Assembly (NCBI GenBank): GCA_963662945.1
Contig: OY759974.1
Span: 2,336,001-2,400,000 of the forward strand
Origin: Arcobacteraceae bacterium
GTDB taxonomy: Bacteria; Campylobacterota; Campylobacteria; Campylobacterales; Arcobacteraceae
Length of the DNA stretch: 64,000 nucleotides
Direction: 5' to 3'
Shown here: positions 19,746-30,424 of the stretch, piece after piece
Position numbering within the stretch: position 1 is the first letter of the stretch
How the letters are laid out: every line of letters begins with the position of its first letter
Translations under genes and position numbers: made by a program
The notes under the pieces: generated by a model
Databases searched by the model: none
What the model was told of the DNA's origin: nothing
Seen by the model: only the letters and a program-made list of their open reading frames with translations

Positions 19746-20402
19746 GTGTTAAATATTAATGAAATCATTGAAAAATTACGAGATGTGCTTTCTAGTGAAA
19801 AAAAATCTGGAAAAGTTTTTGATAAAGATATTGCAAATGCGTTAGATTTAACAAGTGTTAATTTTGCAACTATGAAAAAAAGAAATAGTGTACCATTTTC
19901 AAATATACTTGATTTTTGTGCTTTAAAAAAAATATCAATTAATTGGCTATTATATGGACAAGATCCAAGTAGTCTAGTTGATAGTACAGACAGATATTGG
20001 ATAAAATATTTTCCAACAGTAAGTGTAAGTGCAGGAGGTGGGGCATTTGAGGGAGAAGATGATTTTGAAAAATTGGATTTACCAGATTTTTTTGTAAATA
20101 TTATTGGTGGTGAAGACAATTTAAAAAATATAGAAGCTATAAATGTTACAGGAGATAGTATGGAACCAACATTAAATAATGGTAACATTATATTTATTGA
20201 TAGAACGAAAAATGATACTGCTAAAGATGGAATATATGCTTTTGTGAATGAAAATGGATTATTTGTAAAACGAATTCAAAAAAGAATTGATGGTTCATTA
20301 GATATTATATCTGATAATAAGGAGTATCCAATGCAAATAGCAAATAAAAATGACATAACCATTTTAGGTAAAGTTGTAAGTTCTATAGGTAAAGTATTTT
20401 AA
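19746..20402 (+). CDS. CI/LexA-like repressor (phage CI-type HTH plus S24 autopeptidase)
   Basis: HTH-like DKDIANALDLTSVNFATMKKRNSVPF...ISINWLLYG; Ala-Gly cleavage site VSAGGG; catalytic Ser in GDSMEP and Lys in FVKRI. Confidence 0.92.
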   Translation: MLNINEIIEKLRDVLSSEKKSGKVFDKDIANALDLTSVNFATMKKRNSVPFSNILDFCALKKISINWLLYGQDPSSLVDSTDRYWIKYFPTVSVSAGGGAFEGEDDFEKLDLPDFFVNIIGGEDNLKNIEAINVTGDSMEPTLNNGNIIFIDRTKNDTAKDGIYAFVNENGLFVKRIQKRIDGSLDIISDNKEYPMQIANKNDITILGKVVSSIGKVF

Positions 20403-20497
20403 ATTTAATATGAATTTCGATTAAGTTTAATTTCAGTATTATTGTCAATATATTTTGCTATAATATTCAAAATTTAATTTTAGAATGGAGTATTTGC

Positions 20498-20560
20498 TTG
20501 GACAGTCATTCCCCCTTGTGGTTAGTTTGTGAAAGAAAAGGTTATTTATGGAATATTTAA
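20498..20560 (+). other. Candidate leader peptide (uORF) MDSHSPLWLVCERKGYLWNI overlapping the CNNM gene start
   Basis: GGAG SD at 20487-20490, TTG start at 20498, stop at 20558-20560; out of frame with and overlapping the ATG at 20548. Confidence 0.35.
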
Positions 20561-21606
20561 TCTTTTTATTTGTGTTGGTGATTGGTATATCATTTTTGTG
20601 TTCAATTTTGGAGTCAGTTCTATTATCTACAAATGCTTCTTATATAGCAGTATTGGAAGATATTAATCCAGCGGCTGGTAAGCTTTTAAAAAATCTTAAA
20701 AAAGATGTAGATAAATCTATATCATCTATCCTTATTTTAAATACTTTTGCTAATACCCTTGGTGCAACTGCTATTGGTGTACAAGCACAAAGTTTATTTG
20801 GAAGTGAGAGTAATCTCGTACTTATAGTATCTATATTCTTAACATTTTGTATTTTATTTTTTGCTGAAATTATTCCAAAAACTATTGGTGCTATATATTG
20901 GAAAGAGTTAGCTCCTATTGGTGCAAGAATTATTAATATCTTTATTATTATCACTTATCCTATAATAATCTTTACCCTTTTTGTAACAAGAAAGATTAAT
21001 AATAGTAGGGAAGCTGAAACTGTTTCAAGAGAAGAGTTGATTCATAGTGCTTTATTAAGTGAAGAAGATGGTGTTATTAATGATATGGAATCTGATATTA
21101 TTGAAAATGCTTTAATGTTAAAACAGAAAAAGATCAAAGATATTTACACACCAAGAAGTGTTGTTTTTTCTGTTCCTAAAGATACATTAATCAAAGATTT
21201 ACTTGATGATAAAAGAACATTTAAATTTTCAAGAGTACCTGTATATGATGGAACAATTGATAATATTGTTGGAATGGTATTAACGAAAAAAATCTTCAAA
21301 CATGCAATTAAAGATCCTGATGTAACAATTGAATCAATTATGTCGAAGGTTGACAGTATTAATGAAAATATACCAGTTTTAAAAGCTTTAAGTAGTTTTA
21401 TAAAAGCTAAAGGTCATATGTTAATTGTAACAGATAGTTATGATCAAACAGAAGGTATTGTTACTTTAGAAGATTGTGTTGAAACATTGTTAGGTTTAGA
21501 AATAATGGATGAATTAGATACAACAGAAGATATGAGAAAATTAGCAACCGCAAAAATGCGTGCAAGAAGAAAAGAAAAAGAAAATGAACAACTAAAAGCT
21601 GTGTAA
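20548..21606 (+). CDS. CNNM/CorB-family (DUF21 plus CBS pair) Mg2+/Co2+ transporter
   Basis: SFLCSILES, SILILNTFAN, FAEIIPKTIG, TPRSVV, FSRVPVY, GIVTLEDCVETLLG.EI.DE.D. Confidence 0.92.
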   Translation: MEYLIFLFVLVIGISFLCSILESVLLSTNASYIAVLEDINPAAGKLLKNLKKDVDKSISSILILNTFANTLGATAIGVQAQSLFGSESNLVLIVSIFLTFCILFFAEIIPKTIGAIYWKELAPIGARIINIFIIITYPIIIFTLFVTRKINNSREAETVSREELIHSALLSEEDGVINDMESDIIENALMLKQKKIKDIYTPRSVVFSVPKDTLIKDLLDDKRTFKFSRVPVYDGTIDNIVGMVLTKKIFKHAIKDPDVTIESIMSKVDSINENIPVLKALSSFIKAKGHMLIVTDSYDQTEGIVTLEDCVETLLGLEIMDELDTTEDMRKLATAKMRARRKEKENEQLKAV

Positions 21607-21613
21607 AGAGATT

Positions 21614-23488
21614 TTAACTCTCTACATAGTTTTTAAGGTTTCTTCCTACTTTTGGGTGTTTTAGTTTTTTAATAGCACTTGATTCTATTTGTCTTACTCT
21701 TTCTCTCGTTACATTAAGATTATTTCCAATCTCTTCTAGAGTTCTATCACTTCTATCTTCAAGTAATCCAAATCTCATTCTTACAACCGCTTGTTCTCTT
21801 TCATTAAGTTGACCAAGTATTTGATCTATTTGACCAAGTAGGTCATCATGCATAATATTATCAACTGGTGTTGGTGCTTGTGTATCGGCAACAAAGTCAC
21901 CAAATTTACCATCATCTTCATTTCCAATAGGAGCATCAAGAGATACAGGTTCTTTTGTAATTTTAATAACTTGTTTTACTTTATCAACAGTTAATCCAAC
22001 TTCTTTTGCAATCTCATCTACATCAGGTTCTCTTCCATTTTCTTGAATACCTTTTCTGATGATTTTATTAATTCTATTAATAGTTTCAATCATATGAATT
22101 GGAATTCTAATGGTTCTTGCTTGATCTGCAATAGCTCTACTAATTGCTTGTCTAATCCACCAAGTTGCATATGTCGAAAATTTGTATCCTTTTTTGTATT
22201 CAAATTTATCGACAGCTTTCATAAGACCGATATTACCCTCTTGGATTAAATCAAGGAAAGGTAATCCTCTATTTGTATATCTTTTTGCAATAGAAACAAC
22301 AAGTCTCAAGTTTGATTTAGCCATTCTATTTTTAGCTTCATCAGTGATTTTTTTACCTAACTTAATTTGTTCAAGAACTTCTTTAAGTTCATCTTCTTCT
22401 AAATCAAATCCACCTTCACTAGCTTGTGCAGTTTGGTAAAGCTTTTTAATTTCCATATATGTAGAAACCATTGTTGCTTCTGGAACCATACCAATAATAT
22501 CAGCTTTTGAAAGAGTTAAAATCTTATCTAATAGCTTTTGATGATTCTCAAGAAGTGTATCATTAAATAATGGTAGTTTATATTCAAGTCTTTTTAACTC
22601 AACTTCAAATCCATCAGAACTAGAAAGAGAAGTTTCCATAGCTTTTACAATTTCTGCAATTAATTTACTTGTAGGACCAAGTTCTATTAAACTTTCTTTA
22701 ATAATTTTCTTTTTAAATGCACATTGTAAATCAAATAATACTAAATCAGATTCATCATCACTTTTTGGACTTTCTTTTGAAATAAATTTTAACCAATCTT
22801 TTTTTGCTTTTTCAAGTAATTTAAAAGATTCAATTATTTTTTCAGCTCTTTTATCTAACTTTCTATCTTTAGTATCAAATTCATCATCTTCTGTTTCAAT
22901 ATCATCATCAATATCGTCATCAATATCATCATCGATGTCATCTTCATCTTCATTATCATCATCAAAGTTTTTAAATAATTCTTTAACTTTTCTTTCTCTA
23001 TTTACTAAAGGTTCTTTGTATTCTAAGATAAAATCTATAAGATATGGTACTGAACATATAGCATCAAGGATAGTATTTTCACCTTTTTCCATATTTTGAC
23101 TTATTTCAATCTCTTCCTCTTTTGTAAGAAGTGGTACTTTCCCCATCTCTCGTAAATACATTCTCACAGGAGAATCAGATCTACTCCATTCTAAAAGTTC
23201 TTTACTTTTTAAGAGGTCAAATTCTTCACCTTCTTGGTTTTCTTGTCTTTTTATTCTAGCATCTTCTTTTCTTTTATACTCAAGTTCATTTAATTTTTTA
23301 GCATGTTCTCTTGAACTAATTAAATTTACATTAAAAAGTTGTTTTTGCGCTATTATTTTTTTTACAATTGCTCCCGTTGGGGCTTTTGGAAACAATAAAA
23401 TTAGTTTTTCATACGTTAGAACACCATCTTTATTGTCTTTGAATATTTTGTCAATTAGTTTATTGATATCTTTAGTTTTTGCTGCCAT
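21614..23488 (-). CDS. rpoD: RNA polymerase sigma factor RpoD
   Basis: [63 protein letters not shown]. Confidence 0.99.
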   Translation of the reverse strand: MAAKTKDINKLIDKIFKDNKDGVLTYEKLILLFPKAPTGAIVKKIIAQKQLFNVNLISSREHAKKLNELEYKRKEDARIKRQENQEGEEFDLLKSKELLEWSRSDSPVRMYLREMGKVPLLTKEEEIEISQNMEKGENTILDAICSVPYLIDFILEYKEPLVNRERKVKELFKNFDDDNEDEDDIDDDIDDDIDDDIETEDDEFDTKDRKLDKRAEKIIESFKLLEKAKKDWLKFISKESPKSDDESDLVLFDLQCAFKKKIIKESLIELGPTSKLIAEIVKAMETSLSSSDGFEVELKRLEYKLPLFNDTLLENHQKLLDKILTLSKADIIGMVPEATMVSTYMEIKKLYQTAQASEGGFDLEEDELKEVLEQIKLGKKITDEAKNRMAKSNLRLVVSIAKRYTNRGLPFLDLIQEGNIGLMKAVDKFEYKKGYKFSTYATWWIRQAISRAIADQARTIRIPIHMIETINRINKIIRKGIQENGREPDVDEIAKEVGLTVDKVKQVIKITKEPVSLDAPIGNEDDGKFGDFVADTQAPTPVDNIMHDDLLGQIDQILGQLNEREQAVVRMRFGLLEDRSDRTLEEIGNNLNVTRERVRQIESSAIKKLKHPKVGRNLKNYVES

Positions 23489-23616
23489 GTAAATATATAG
23501 CCTTTGTAGTGTGAATTTTTTAATCTATATTATACCCAAACTTAATTGAAAAAATGATTAATTAATAATAATTTAGATAAAATGCAAAACATTTTAGATT
23601 GAAGGAAATAGTATAT

Positions 23617-24117
23617 ATGAATAAAATTACTGGAAAAGTATGGAATTTTGGTGATAATATAGATACGGATTTAATTATTGCTGCAAGATATTTAAATAGT
23701 AGTGATCCACACCATTTAGCAAAATATGTTATGGAAGATGCAGACCCTGATTTTGCTACAAAAGTGCAACCAGGTGATATCATTGTTGCTGGAGAAAATT
23801 TTGGATGTGGTAGTAGTAGAGAACATGCACCAATAGCTCTAAAAGCAGCAGGTGTTGCAGCTGTTGTTGCTCCTAGTTTTGCTAGAATATTTTATAGAAA
23901 TGCTTTTAATATGGGACTACCAATATTTGAACTTCCAGACGCTTTAGATATTAAAGAAGGTGAACTAATCTCTATTGATTTAGATGCTGGAACAATAGAA
24001 AATATAGATAAAGAAAAAACATATAATTTTACGCCGATTCCTCCATTTATGCAAGAATTATTAGCAGATGGTGGATTAATGAATTATGCGAAAAAGGAAG
24101 CACATGGCAAGTTATAA
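23617..24117 (+). CDS. leuD: 3-isopropylmalate dehydratase small subunit
   Basis: [30 protein letters not shown]; adjacent to leuB. Confidence 0.95.
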   Translation: MNKITGKVWNFGDNIDTDLIIAARYLNSSDPHHLAKYVMEDADPDFATKVQPGDIIVAGENFGCGSSREHAPIALKAAGVAAVVAPSFARIFYRNAFNMGLPIFELPDALDIKEGELISIDLDAGTIENIDKEKTYNFTPIPPFMQELLADGGLMNYAKKEAHGKL

Positions 24118-25165
24118 TATTTCATTAATTAAAGGTGATGGTATAGGTGTTGAGATAGTTAATGAAGCTGTCAAAGTTTTAAATGCTGTTGGAAAAAAAT
24201 TTAATTTAGAATTTAATTATTCTGAATATTTAATGGGTGGATGTGCAATTGATGCAACTGGGAATCCTCTTCCACAAGAAACTATTGACGGTGTATTAGC
24301 AAGTGATGCTTGTTTGTTTGGTGCAATAGGTGGACCAAAATGGGATTCACAACCTAGAGAACTTAGACCAGAATCTGGATTATTAAGATTTAGAAAAGAG
24401 ATGGGTGTGTTTGCTAATCTTAGACCAGCAGTTGTTTATGATGAACTAGTTGATGCAAGTAGTTTAAAACCAAGTGTTATCAAAGGTGTTGATATTATGG
24501 TTGTAAGAGAACTTATTGGTGGTATATATTTTGGTGAACCAAAAGGTAAAACTGAAGAGAAGGGATGGAATACAATGGTATATACTGTTCCTGAAATAGA
24601 GAGAATTGCACATGTCGCATTTAAATTAGCAATGAAAAGAAATAAAAAAGTATGTTCTGTAGATAAGGCAAATGTTCTTGATGTTTCACAACTTTGGAGA
24701 GATACAGTAACTAGAATTTCAGTACAGTATCCAGAAGTAGAATTATCACATATGTATGTAGATAATGCAGCAATGCAACTTATAGCAAATCCAAGACAAT
24801 TTGATGTAATGTTAACTGGAAATATTTTCGGTGATATTTTATCTGATGAAGCATCAATGTTAAGTGGTTCAATTGGTCTTTTACCTTCAGCTTCAACAGG
24901 TGAAAAGACAGCTGTATATGAGCCTATTCATGGAAGTGCACCTGATATTGCAGGATTAGGTATTGCAAATCCTATTGCCACAATTTCAAGTGCTAGTATG
25001 ATGCTTCGGTATTCATTGGATGAAGAAGCTGCAGCTGATGCAATTGATGCTGCTATTAAAAAAGCAATGGCTAATGGTTACAGAACAGGTGATTTAGCTG
25101 CTTATGATTGTAAAGAGAAAGTAAATTGTTCACAAATGGGTGACATTATTGCTAGTTATATATAA
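24104..25165 (+). CDS. leuB: 3-isopropylmalate dehydrogenase
   Basis: [54 protein letters not shown]. Confidence 0.98.
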   Translation: MASYNISLIKGDGIGVEIVNEAVKVLNAVGKKFNLEFNYSEYLMGGCAIDATGNPLPQETIDGVLASDACLFGAIGGPKWDSQPRELRPESGLLRFRKEMGVFANLRPAVVYDELVDASSLKPSVIKGVDIMVVRELIGGIYFGEPKGKTEEKGWNTMVYTVPEIERIAHVAFKLAMKRNKKVCSVDKANVLDVSQLWRDTVTRISVQYPEVELSHMYVDNAAMQLIANPRQFDVMLTGNIFGDILSDEASMLSGSIGLLPSASTGEKTAVYEPIHGSAPDIAGLGIANPIATISSASMMLRYSLDEEAAADAIDAAIKKAMANGYRTGDLAAYDCKEKVNCSQMGDIIASYI

Positions 25166-25184
25166 TTGACGTTATAGTAAATAC

Positions 25185-25222
25185 AAAAAAAGGGAAAGGT
25201 AATAAGTACCTTTCCCTTTTTT
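25185..25222. terminator. Bidirectional intrinsic terminator between leuB and the DGC gene
   Basis: A7-GGGAAAGGT-AATAAGT-ACCTTTCCC-T6. Confidence 0.88.
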
Positions 25223-25245
25223 ATGAATAAGTTTTAATAATCTTC

Positions 25246-27084
25246 TTAAAATAATTCTATTTGAACTTTTTCTTGATATCTTATAACTTGATCTCGTCCT
25301 TTTTCTTTTGCTTCATAAAGTGCGATATCTGCATTTTTAAGTACAATGTCAAAATTTGTAGAGTCATGTGGAAACATAGAAAAACCTACACTAATTGTTT
25401 TTCTTAGTTTATTTCCAGCATATATGTTAATTTCATTTTGACTTACTTTTGTTCTTATTTTATTTGCTATTTCAAGTACAGAGTTTTCACTGTCAACACC
25501 AATAAGTAATATGATAAATTCTTCTCCACCATAACGTACAACAATATCAGATTCTCTTACATTTTCACTTAAAATTCTACCTAACTCTTTTAATACTAAA
25601 TCTCCAACATCATGTCCATATTCATCGTTTACAGCTTTGAAATGATCCATATCAAGCATTAAAACACCAATATTAATATTTTCTCTTAGTGCTTGAGGAA
25701 TAAGTTTTGTTAAATGTTCATCTAAAAATTTTCTATTGTAAAGTTTAGTTAAACCATCTTTAAATGCAGAAGATTTAAGTGCTTCAAGAAGAAGTTTAAC
25801 AATTAAAGAAGGTGTCGCTTCCATGAAATAATTTTTGATTAATGGTATATTTCGAACTAATTCATCTAATTCTGCTTTTGTATCTAAAATAAAGTTAATA
25901 ATTAAGATAGATTGATCTCCAATATCAATAGAAGTACAATAATATAATTTCTCTTTATTTGAAAAATTTGGACACACTGAATGATCTTTAACACTCATAA
26001 CATCATTAGTACTTCTTACAACTCTACATAAATCAGGATTATTTTTTATGACATCAATACAATAGCTTTCATTTATTTTTGAATAAACTATTTCTGTTTT
26101 ATTATTTTGGTAGTTTTGTTCCATAAAATTAAAGTTTTTTAGTCTAAATCTATTTTGTAGAACCTGAGCAAGTCTACTATAGATTTCATATTTATCTTTA
26201 TCTACTTCAATCTCTTTTTTAAATTGATATATATCAGATAAATCACTAATAATTCTTTGAGAATTTAAAAGAGGATTATTTGTATGAGAGAGTTGATTTC
26301 CAATAAAAATATTCAGTTTATTATCTATATCTGTAAAAGTAGTACTTAATCCATTTACAAGTTGATTGTATTCATTAATTAGTTGTTCTGATTCATCAGA
26401 CAAACCTTTTCGTTTAATAATATTCGTAAAAATACCATTAGAGATATTTTTTATTTTACCACTTAGTTCATCTATTGTTTCAAGATGGGGTTTTAAAGCT
26501 CTATTAGCAAAGAAAAGAACTAAAAGAATAGCAATAAATGTAAATAGCATGATAGTAATAGCAAGTCTAAGACCAGAGGTTCTAATATCTGAGATATCCA
26601 TAACGATACTTACAGCACCTAATGTTTCACCATAAGAAACATCATGACATGTGATACAATTTGCAATATTGTTTTGCTCTGCTCGATAAGGGATAGTTAC
26701 TCTTACTGTCGTTTTATCAAAAGTTTCATTTAAGATATATTTCATTTTAGAAGTATTTAAAACTTCAATGTCAACTTTGTCTCTTGGTTTTTCTAGTCTA
26801 TTCGCTTTCCCATATTGTTTAATTACATTATCACCACGTATAATCCATAGTTTATCAATATGCTCTATATCAGAAACAGAATTGATATAAATATCTCTTT
26901 GGTGCATGTTATTATTAACCATGTAAGAAGTTAATCCATTTTTAACAACTTCAGAAATAGTTTTTGCTTTATCTATAGCAGATTGTATGCCATGTTGTCT
27001 AAAGTTTAATGACTCAATAATAGTAAGACCAACTCCAACAAATAACATAATAATAATGAGTTTAATTAATACTTTTTTTTTCAT
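25246..27084 (-). CDS. Membrane diguanylate cyclase with periplasmic heme-c (CITCH) sensor; paralog of 6514-8319
   Basis: VKNGLTSYMVN, CITCH, KDGLTKLYNR, DMDHFKAVNDEYGHDVGD, RESD I-site, RYGGEEF. Confidence 0.92.
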   Translation of the reverse strand: MKKKVLIKLIIIMLFVGVGLTIIESLNFRQHGIQSAIDKAKTISEVVKNGLTSYMVNNNMHQRDIYINSVSDIEHIDKLWIIRGDNVIKQYGKANRLEKPRDKVDIEVLNTSKMKYILNETFDKTTVRVTIPYRAEQNNIANCITCHDVSYGETLGAVSIVMDISDIRTSGLRLAITIMLFTFIAILLVLFFANRALKPHLETIDELSGKIKNISNGIFTNIIKRKGLSDESEQLINEYNQLVNGLSTTFTDIDNKLNIFIGNQLSHTNNPLLNSQRIISDLSDIYQFKKEIEVDKDKYEIYSRLAQVLQNRFRLKNFNFMEQNYQNNKTEIVYSKINESYCIDVIKNNPDLCRVVRSTNDVMSVKDHSVCPNFSNKEKLYYCTSIDIGDQSILIINFILDTKAELDELVRNIPLIKNYFMEATPSLIVKLLLEALKSSAFKDGLTKLYNRKFLDEHLTKLIPQALRENINIGVLMLDMDHFKAVNDEYGHDVGDLVLKELGRILSENVRESDIVVRYGGEEFIILLIGVDSENSVLEIANKIRTKVSQNEINIYAGNKLRKTISVGFSMFPHDSTNFDIVLKNADIALYEAKEKGRDQVIRYQEKVQIELF

Positions 27085-27105
27085 TTATAATCCATTATGA
27101 TCCAT

Positions 27106-28059
27106 TTAAAATAGTTCAATAAAATTTTCTTGTTCTTTTTGAAATCTAAATACATTATTTCTTCCAACATCTTGTGCACAAATTAGTGCAGTTTCTGCAT
27201 TTTTTACAATTGTATTTATGTCTGTTGAATCTTCTGGAAACATTGAAACACCAATACAAACAGTTTTTCTAAATTTATCATTGTTTGGAGATAGCAAGTA
27301 TGTTTCTGCAAGTTTTTCTCGAAGTTTATTTGCTAATTCAATAGTTCGTTCTTCCGTATCTACATTGACAAGAAGTACTAAAAATTCAGCACCACCAAAA
27401 CGAACTGCAATATCTGATGAACGAATATTATACTTTATTGTATCTGCATATAGCTTTAAGAATTTATCCCCAAATTCATCTCCATGTTCATCATTTACCG
27501 CTTGAAATCTATCAATATTTATTAATAAAGCACCTAAGTTCATTTTTTCTCTAAGGGCTAGTGGAATGAGTGTTTTCATCTCTAGATTAAAAGAAATTCT
27601 ATTTTCTAATTTAGTTTGAGGATCAATTAAAGCTGAATTTTTTAATTCCAAAAGTATATGTTGGATATAAATAAGATTCATAGTTTCTTTAAAATAACTA
27701 TTAAAAGTGAGTTTATCGTATTCTGATAAATTGTCATTAGCAACAGTTATTTGCATAATAGACTCATTGGATACTTTAGTTGTATAAGAATATCTATTAT
27801 TCTTTAAAACACCTTGAGAATAGAGAACTTCTTCTTCAATATCAGAAATTAGAGATAGTTTAAAACAGTCTATTGAAAATTCTTTTTTTAATTCTTTGGC
27901 AATTTTTTCATAAAGTACTTGAATAGATAAGTTATCTTCAATAGAGTGTTTAAAAAGATTAATTTGTGTTAATTTATAAATAATATCTTTAACTTCATCA
28001 ATATGTACTTCATCTACAATATCATTTAATCTTTCAATAAGAGTATCTTTTTTATTCAC
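27106..28059 (-). CDS. Degenerate GGDEF-domain protein (GGAEF), cytoplasmic
   Basis: IDPQTKLENR, INIDRFQAVND, RSSD..VRFGGAEF; GTG 28059 or TTG 28065 start. Confidence 0.88.
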   Translation of the reverse strand: MNKKDTLIERLNDIVDEVHIDEVKDIIYKLTQINLFKHSIEDNLSIQVLYEKIAKELKKEFSIDCFKLSLISDIEEEVLYSQGVLKNNRYSYTTKVSNESIMQITVANDNLSEYDKLTFNSYFKETMNLIYIQHILLELKNSALIDPQTKLENRISFNLEMKTLIPLALREKMNLGALLINIDRFQAVNDEHGDEFGDKFLKLYADTIKYNIRSSDIAVRFGGAEFLVLLVNVDTEERTIELANKLREKLAETYLLSPNNDKFRKTVCIGVSMFPEDSTDINTIVKNAETALICAQDVGRNNVFRFQKEQENFIELF

Positions 28060-28068
28060 TATCAAAAC

Positions 28069-28662
28069 CTATAAATATTTGAGCCATGACTTAAGTGATG
28101 CTCTTTGTTTAAATAAGGTAGTACTATTACCATGTCCTGGATAAATAGTAATATCTTTTTCCCAAGTTAAAATTTTATTGATACTTTGTATCATATCAGA
28201 AGGATTCGAATAAGGAAAGTCAACTCTTCCAATTGAACCTTCAAATATAAAATCACCACTAAAAAGAGCATCTTCAATTTCTATTGCACTACAACCTGGA
28301 GTATGTCCTGGAAAGTGATGAAACTTGACTTTTATTCCATTAAAGTCAAATATCTCTTTATCTGATACTTGAATATCTGCTTTACTTGAAGGAGTTCCTT
28401 GAGAAAAGGGATCATTTTCTAACATAAAACAATCATCTTTTGGACAATAAATAGGGATATTATATTTTTCTTTTACCGCACTATTACTCCATACATGGTC
28501 AAAGTGTCCATGAGTATTAAGAATTGCTATAGGATTTGTTACATTACTGCTAATCCAATTTAAAGAATCTACACCAGGGTCTATGATAAAATCTTTATCA
28601 TTAATTGTAACAATATAACAATTTGTTTGATATGGACCCATTGGTGCTGATTTTATATTCAT
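28069..28662 (-). CDS. MBL-fold metallohydrolase (glyoxalase II/YcbL-like)
   Basis: TNCY, IDPG, THGHFDH, PGHTPG, FSGDFIF, YPGHG. Confidence 0.93.
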   Translation of the reverse strand: MNIKSAPMGPYQTNCYIVTINDKDFIIDPGVDSLNWISSNVTNPIAILNTHGHFDHVWSNSAVKEKYNIPIYCPKDDCFMLENDPFSQGTPSSKADIQVSDKEIFDFNGIKVKFHHFPGHTPGCSAIEIEDALFSGDFIFEGSIGRVDFPYSNPSDMIQSINKILTWEKDITIYPGHGNSTTLFKQRASLKSWLKYL

Positions 28663-29780
28663 TATTTAAACCAACCTTTTACAGTATCAAAGATTCCACT
28701 AAACATATCTTCATGTGGTTTTGATTCTATTCCAAAACTTTGTTGGAGTTTTTCTAAAAGTTCTTTTTGTTCACTATTTAAACTGTCTGGATAGATAATT
28801 TTAATTTGAACAATAAATTTTCCTTTACCATATCCATTAACACTTTTAACACCTTCTCCTTTAAAAATAAACTGTTGTTTATCTTTTGCACCAGCAGGTA
28901 TTTTTACTTCAATTTCATCTTTTAAGCTAGGTACTTTTATAGTATCTCCTAGAGCAATTTGTGTAAAAAATATAGGAACTTCAAGGTAAATATCATCATC
29001 ATGTCTTACAAAGTGTTTATCCTCTTTTACATTGATAAGTATATATAAATCACCTCTAGAACCATCAGGTGCAATATTCCCTTTTCCACTTACTCTAATT
29101 CTATTTCCATTGTTAACACCTTCTGGAATATCTACAGTAAATCTTTCTTCTTTTTCATGATATCCAAGTCCAGAACAATCAGGACATTTTTCACTCACAG
29201 ATTGTCCAGTTCCTTCACAGTGTGGACAAGTTTGAGCAAAAGTCATGAACCCTTGTCTCATATGAACTTGTCCTTGACCATTACAAGTACTACAAGTAGA
29301 AAGTTTTCCACCTTTAGCACCAGTTCCACTACAAGATTTACAAGCTGTTTTGTATTTAAACTTTATCTCTTTTTTTACACCAAATATAGCTTCATTAAAT
29401 TCAAGATTAATATTTGTTTCTGTATCTAGGTTATAATTATATGTTTTTCTTTGTCTTTGGCGACTTCTGCCACCAAAACCTCCAAACATCTCTTCAAAAA
29501 TACTACCTAAATCATCAAAGCCACCTCTTGAGAAACCACCACCTTGTCCGTGTCCTTCTAATCCTTGTTTCCCATATCGATCATAAATTGATCTTTTCTC
29601 TTCATCACTTAAAACTTGATATGCTTCATTTACTGCTTTAAAATTTTCTTCAGCTTGGCTATCTCCTGGATTTTTATCTGGATGGTATTGCATAGCCATT
29701 TTTCTATATGCTTTTTTGATACTACTTTTATCTGCATTTTTTTCTACTTGTAAAATTTCATAATAACAAAGATCTGTCAA
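28662..29780 (-). CDS. dnaJ: Chaperone DnaJ
   Basis: J-domain HPD, G/F region, four CxxCxGxG repeats. Confidence 0.98.
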   Translation of the reverse strand: MTDLCYYEILQVEKNADKSSIKKAYRKMAMQYHPDKNPGDSQAEENFKAVNEAYQVLSDEEKRSIYDRYGKQGLEGHGQGGGFSRGGFDDLGSIFEEMFGGFGGRSRQRQRKTYNYNLDTETNINLEFNEAIFGVKKEIKFKYKTACKSCSGTGAKGGKLSTCSTCNGQGQVHMRQGFMTFAQTCPHCEGTGQSVSEKCPDCSGLGYHEKEERFTVDIPEGVNNGNRIRVSGKGNIAPDGSRGDLYILINVKEDKHFVRHDDDIYLEVPIFFTQIALGDTIKVPSLKDEIEVKIPAGAKDKQQFIFKGEGVKSVNGYGKGKFIVQIKIIYPDSLNSEQKELLEKLQQSFGIESKPHEDMFSGIFDTVKGWFK

Positions 29781-29834
29781 GCTTATTCCTTTTTTTATAA
29801 TTTATAATAGGTGATTATTTTATCCAAATTAAGC

Positions 29835-29840
29835 TATAAT
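29835..29840 (+). promoter_or_regulatory. -10 box predicting a leaderless recR mRNA
   Basis: TATAAT-caatctt-ATG (7-nt spacer), no SD. Confidence 0.7.
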
Positions 29841-29847
29841 CAATCTT

Positions 29848-30420
29848 ATGAATAAAGGATTAGAAAAATTTTATGATCTTGTAGAAGCTTTTGAAATGCT
29901 TCCAACTATAGGTAAAAAATCAGCAATTAGATTAGCATATCATATAGTCACAGAAAATACGTATACAGGTATGAAACTCGCACATAGTATAGAAACAGCA
30001 ATAAGAGATATAAGGCAGTGTACTCGATGTAACGCAATGAGTGAAAATGAGATATGTGAAATTTGTCTGGATAGTGATAGAGATAGCAGTAAATTATGTA
30101 TTGTTCAAAGCGCAAAAGATATATTTATTATAGAGGAGTCAAAGCAATTTAGTGGTAAATATTTTGTTATTGAGTCTTTGGAAGATGAAATAATTAAAAA
30201 ATTATTAAGTCTTATTCATTCTGCAGGGGTTAAAGATATTTTGTTTGCAGTAACACCTAGTTTGGCAAATGATGCATTTATTTTATATATTGAAGATAGA
30301 TTGAAAGATACAAATATAGAATTTACAAAAATAGCACAAGGTGTTCCTACTGGGGTGAGTTTAGAAAATGTAGATATTCTTTCTCTTTCTAAGGCAATCG
30401 CTGGAAAAACAAAAATTTAG
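29848..30420 (+). CDS. recR: Recombination mediator RecR
   Basis: LPTIGKKSAIRLA HhH, CxxC...CxxC zinc finger, toprim region, IAQGVPTG. Confidence 0.96.
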   Translation: MNKGLEKFYDLVEAFEMLPTIGKKSAIRLAYHIVTENTYTGMKLAHSIETAIRDIRQCTRCNAMSENEICEICLDSDRDSSKLCIVQSAKDIFIIEESKQFSGKYFVIESLEDEIIKKLLSLIHSAGVKDILFAVTPSLANDAFILYIEDRLKDTNIEFTKIAQGVPTGVSLENVDILSLSKAIAGKTKI

Positions 30421-30424
30421 TAAT

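Noticed and set aside
19746-20402. Prophage suggested by the CI-like repressor
   Set aside because: No integrase, replication, structural or lysis genes; flanked by core genes.
20485-20547. TGA readthrough or selenocysteine extension of the CNNM protein from ATG 20485
   Set aside because: No SD for that ATG, no SECIS-like hairpin after the TGA, and the ATG at 20548 has its own AAGG SD.
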